In this document: positions 63,272-64,000 of the stretch, piece by piece
Position numbering within the stretch: the stretch's first letter is position 1
How the letters are laid out: every line of letters begins with the position of its first letter
Source: Lepidodermella squamata
Taxonomy: Eukaryota > Animalia > Gastrotricha
Reading direction: 5' to 3'
Length of the DNA stretch: 64,000 nucleotides
Assembly: GCA_047495785.1 (NCBI GenBank)
Contig: JBLDXI010000007.1
Coordinates: 868,001-932,000 of the forward strand
Position numbers and translations under genes: made by a program
The notes under the pieces: model-generated
The model's database searches: none
What the model was told of the DNA's origin: nothing
What the model saw: only the letters and a program-made list of their open reading frames with translations

Positions 63272-64000
63272 TCAAAATTTGGAATTATGTCTCGAAATCT
63301 TTTTCGATTTCTTATTCAACAAATGAGCGAGTTCGCTAAACGGGTCGTCCAGCTCAGCGTAATCAAGAGCCGTGTATCCGTCCGAATCTTTCAAATTCTT
63401 ATTCGCACCGTGCCTCAACAAAATTTCAACGGTTTTCAAATCCTTTCTTTTAACAGCCGAAATTAAGGCGGTCGTCATCGATCCGTCCTGGCGTATGTAA
63501 CGCATATTCGGATCGAGATCAGCCTCGAAAAGCAGTTCCAGTCGACCGCGATTAGGCGCATAATCAATAACACTTCTGCCTTGGTTATTGATGCGGGCAA
63601 AATCAGCTCCATGATCAATCAACGCCCGCAAAGGGCCCTTGGTTTCATGAGTTATAGCTCGCATCAACAGGGTTTTGCCACGACTGTCGCACTCGTTTAT
63701 ATCAGCACCATACGCCACCAGGACTGAAACTACTCCTTTTCGAAATATAGGTCCTTGACGGAAAAGAGCGGTGTAAAGATAAGACCGGCCTTCAGGGGTG
63801 TAACCATTCGGGTCAACGCCTCGTTTCATGAAAGTTTTCACGACATTTCTCAGTCCGTTTTGCAACGCGTATATGAAGTAACTCAGGTCAAAAGGAGCGC
63901 CATTCTGCAACAGGATTTCGATGATTTGCCGATTATCACGGCGAATGGCGTGCATCATTGGGCCCTCGTAGTGATGGTACGCCTTTGGATCGTCACAACG
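63272..64000 (-). CDS. Ankyrin exon of copy #23 (5' exons outside the window; close paralog of #22)
   Basis: Shares DPNMRYxRQDGSMTTAxISAVKRKDLKTVEILL and YAELDDPF with #22. Confidence 0.85.
   Translation of the reverse strand, partial: RCDDPKAYHHYEGPMMHAIRRDNRQIIEILLQNGAPFDLSYFIYALQNGLRNVVKTFMKRGVDPNGYTPEGRSYLYTALFRQGPIFRKGVVSVLVAYGADINECDSRGKTLLMRAITHETKGPLRALIDHGADFARINNQGRSVIDYAPNRGRLELLFEADLDPNMRYIRQDGSMTTALISAVKRKDLKTVEILLRHGANKNLKDSDGYTALDYAELDDPFSELAHLLNKKSKKISRHNSKF

Noticed and set aside
1652-63466. Numerous short plus-strand ORFs overlapping ankyrin and F-box exons (e.g. 1652-1927, 17141-17461, 22087-22494, 31789-32202)
   Set aside because: They are antisense shadows of the coding strand with no independent domain signal.
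1-64000. Bacterial effector island or giant-virus genome rich in F-box/ankyrin genes
   Set aside because: Conserved short spliceosomal introns in every complete copy and eukaryotic TEs (MULE, RTE, CMC) indicate a cellular eukaryotic chromosome.

Overview
Eukaryotic (probably invertebrate animal) genomic DNA with short ~50-65 bp spliceosomal introns; the ORF track fragments are mostly exons. Almost the whole window is a head-to-tail, minus-strand tandem array of 23 copies of one five-exon gene family: 15 look complete and intact, 2 are cut by the window edges, 4 are lesioned and 2 are fragments. The inferred protein is a basic NLS-like N-terminus (MPPRKRK), an F-box (exons 1-2), a middle domain (exons 2-4) and an ankyrin-repeat array encoded by a single terminal exon. 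The F-box and middle domain resemble a degenerate FBXO2/6/44-type FBA lectin module that has lost its glycan-binding loop. The array therefore looks like a rapidly diversifying family of SCF E3-ligase adaptors with a novel F-box-FBA-like-ANK architecture. It is heavily invaded by transposons: an apparently intact MULE, a 5'-truncated RTE-type LINE splitting one ankyrin exon, a CACTG-ended CMC/EnSpm-like element, a decayed Crypton-like tyrosine recombinase, a Harbinger-like Myb/SANT remnant and several MITEs, some nested. Gene models and homologies were read by eye; no database searches were run, and copy numbering (#1-#23) is my own.
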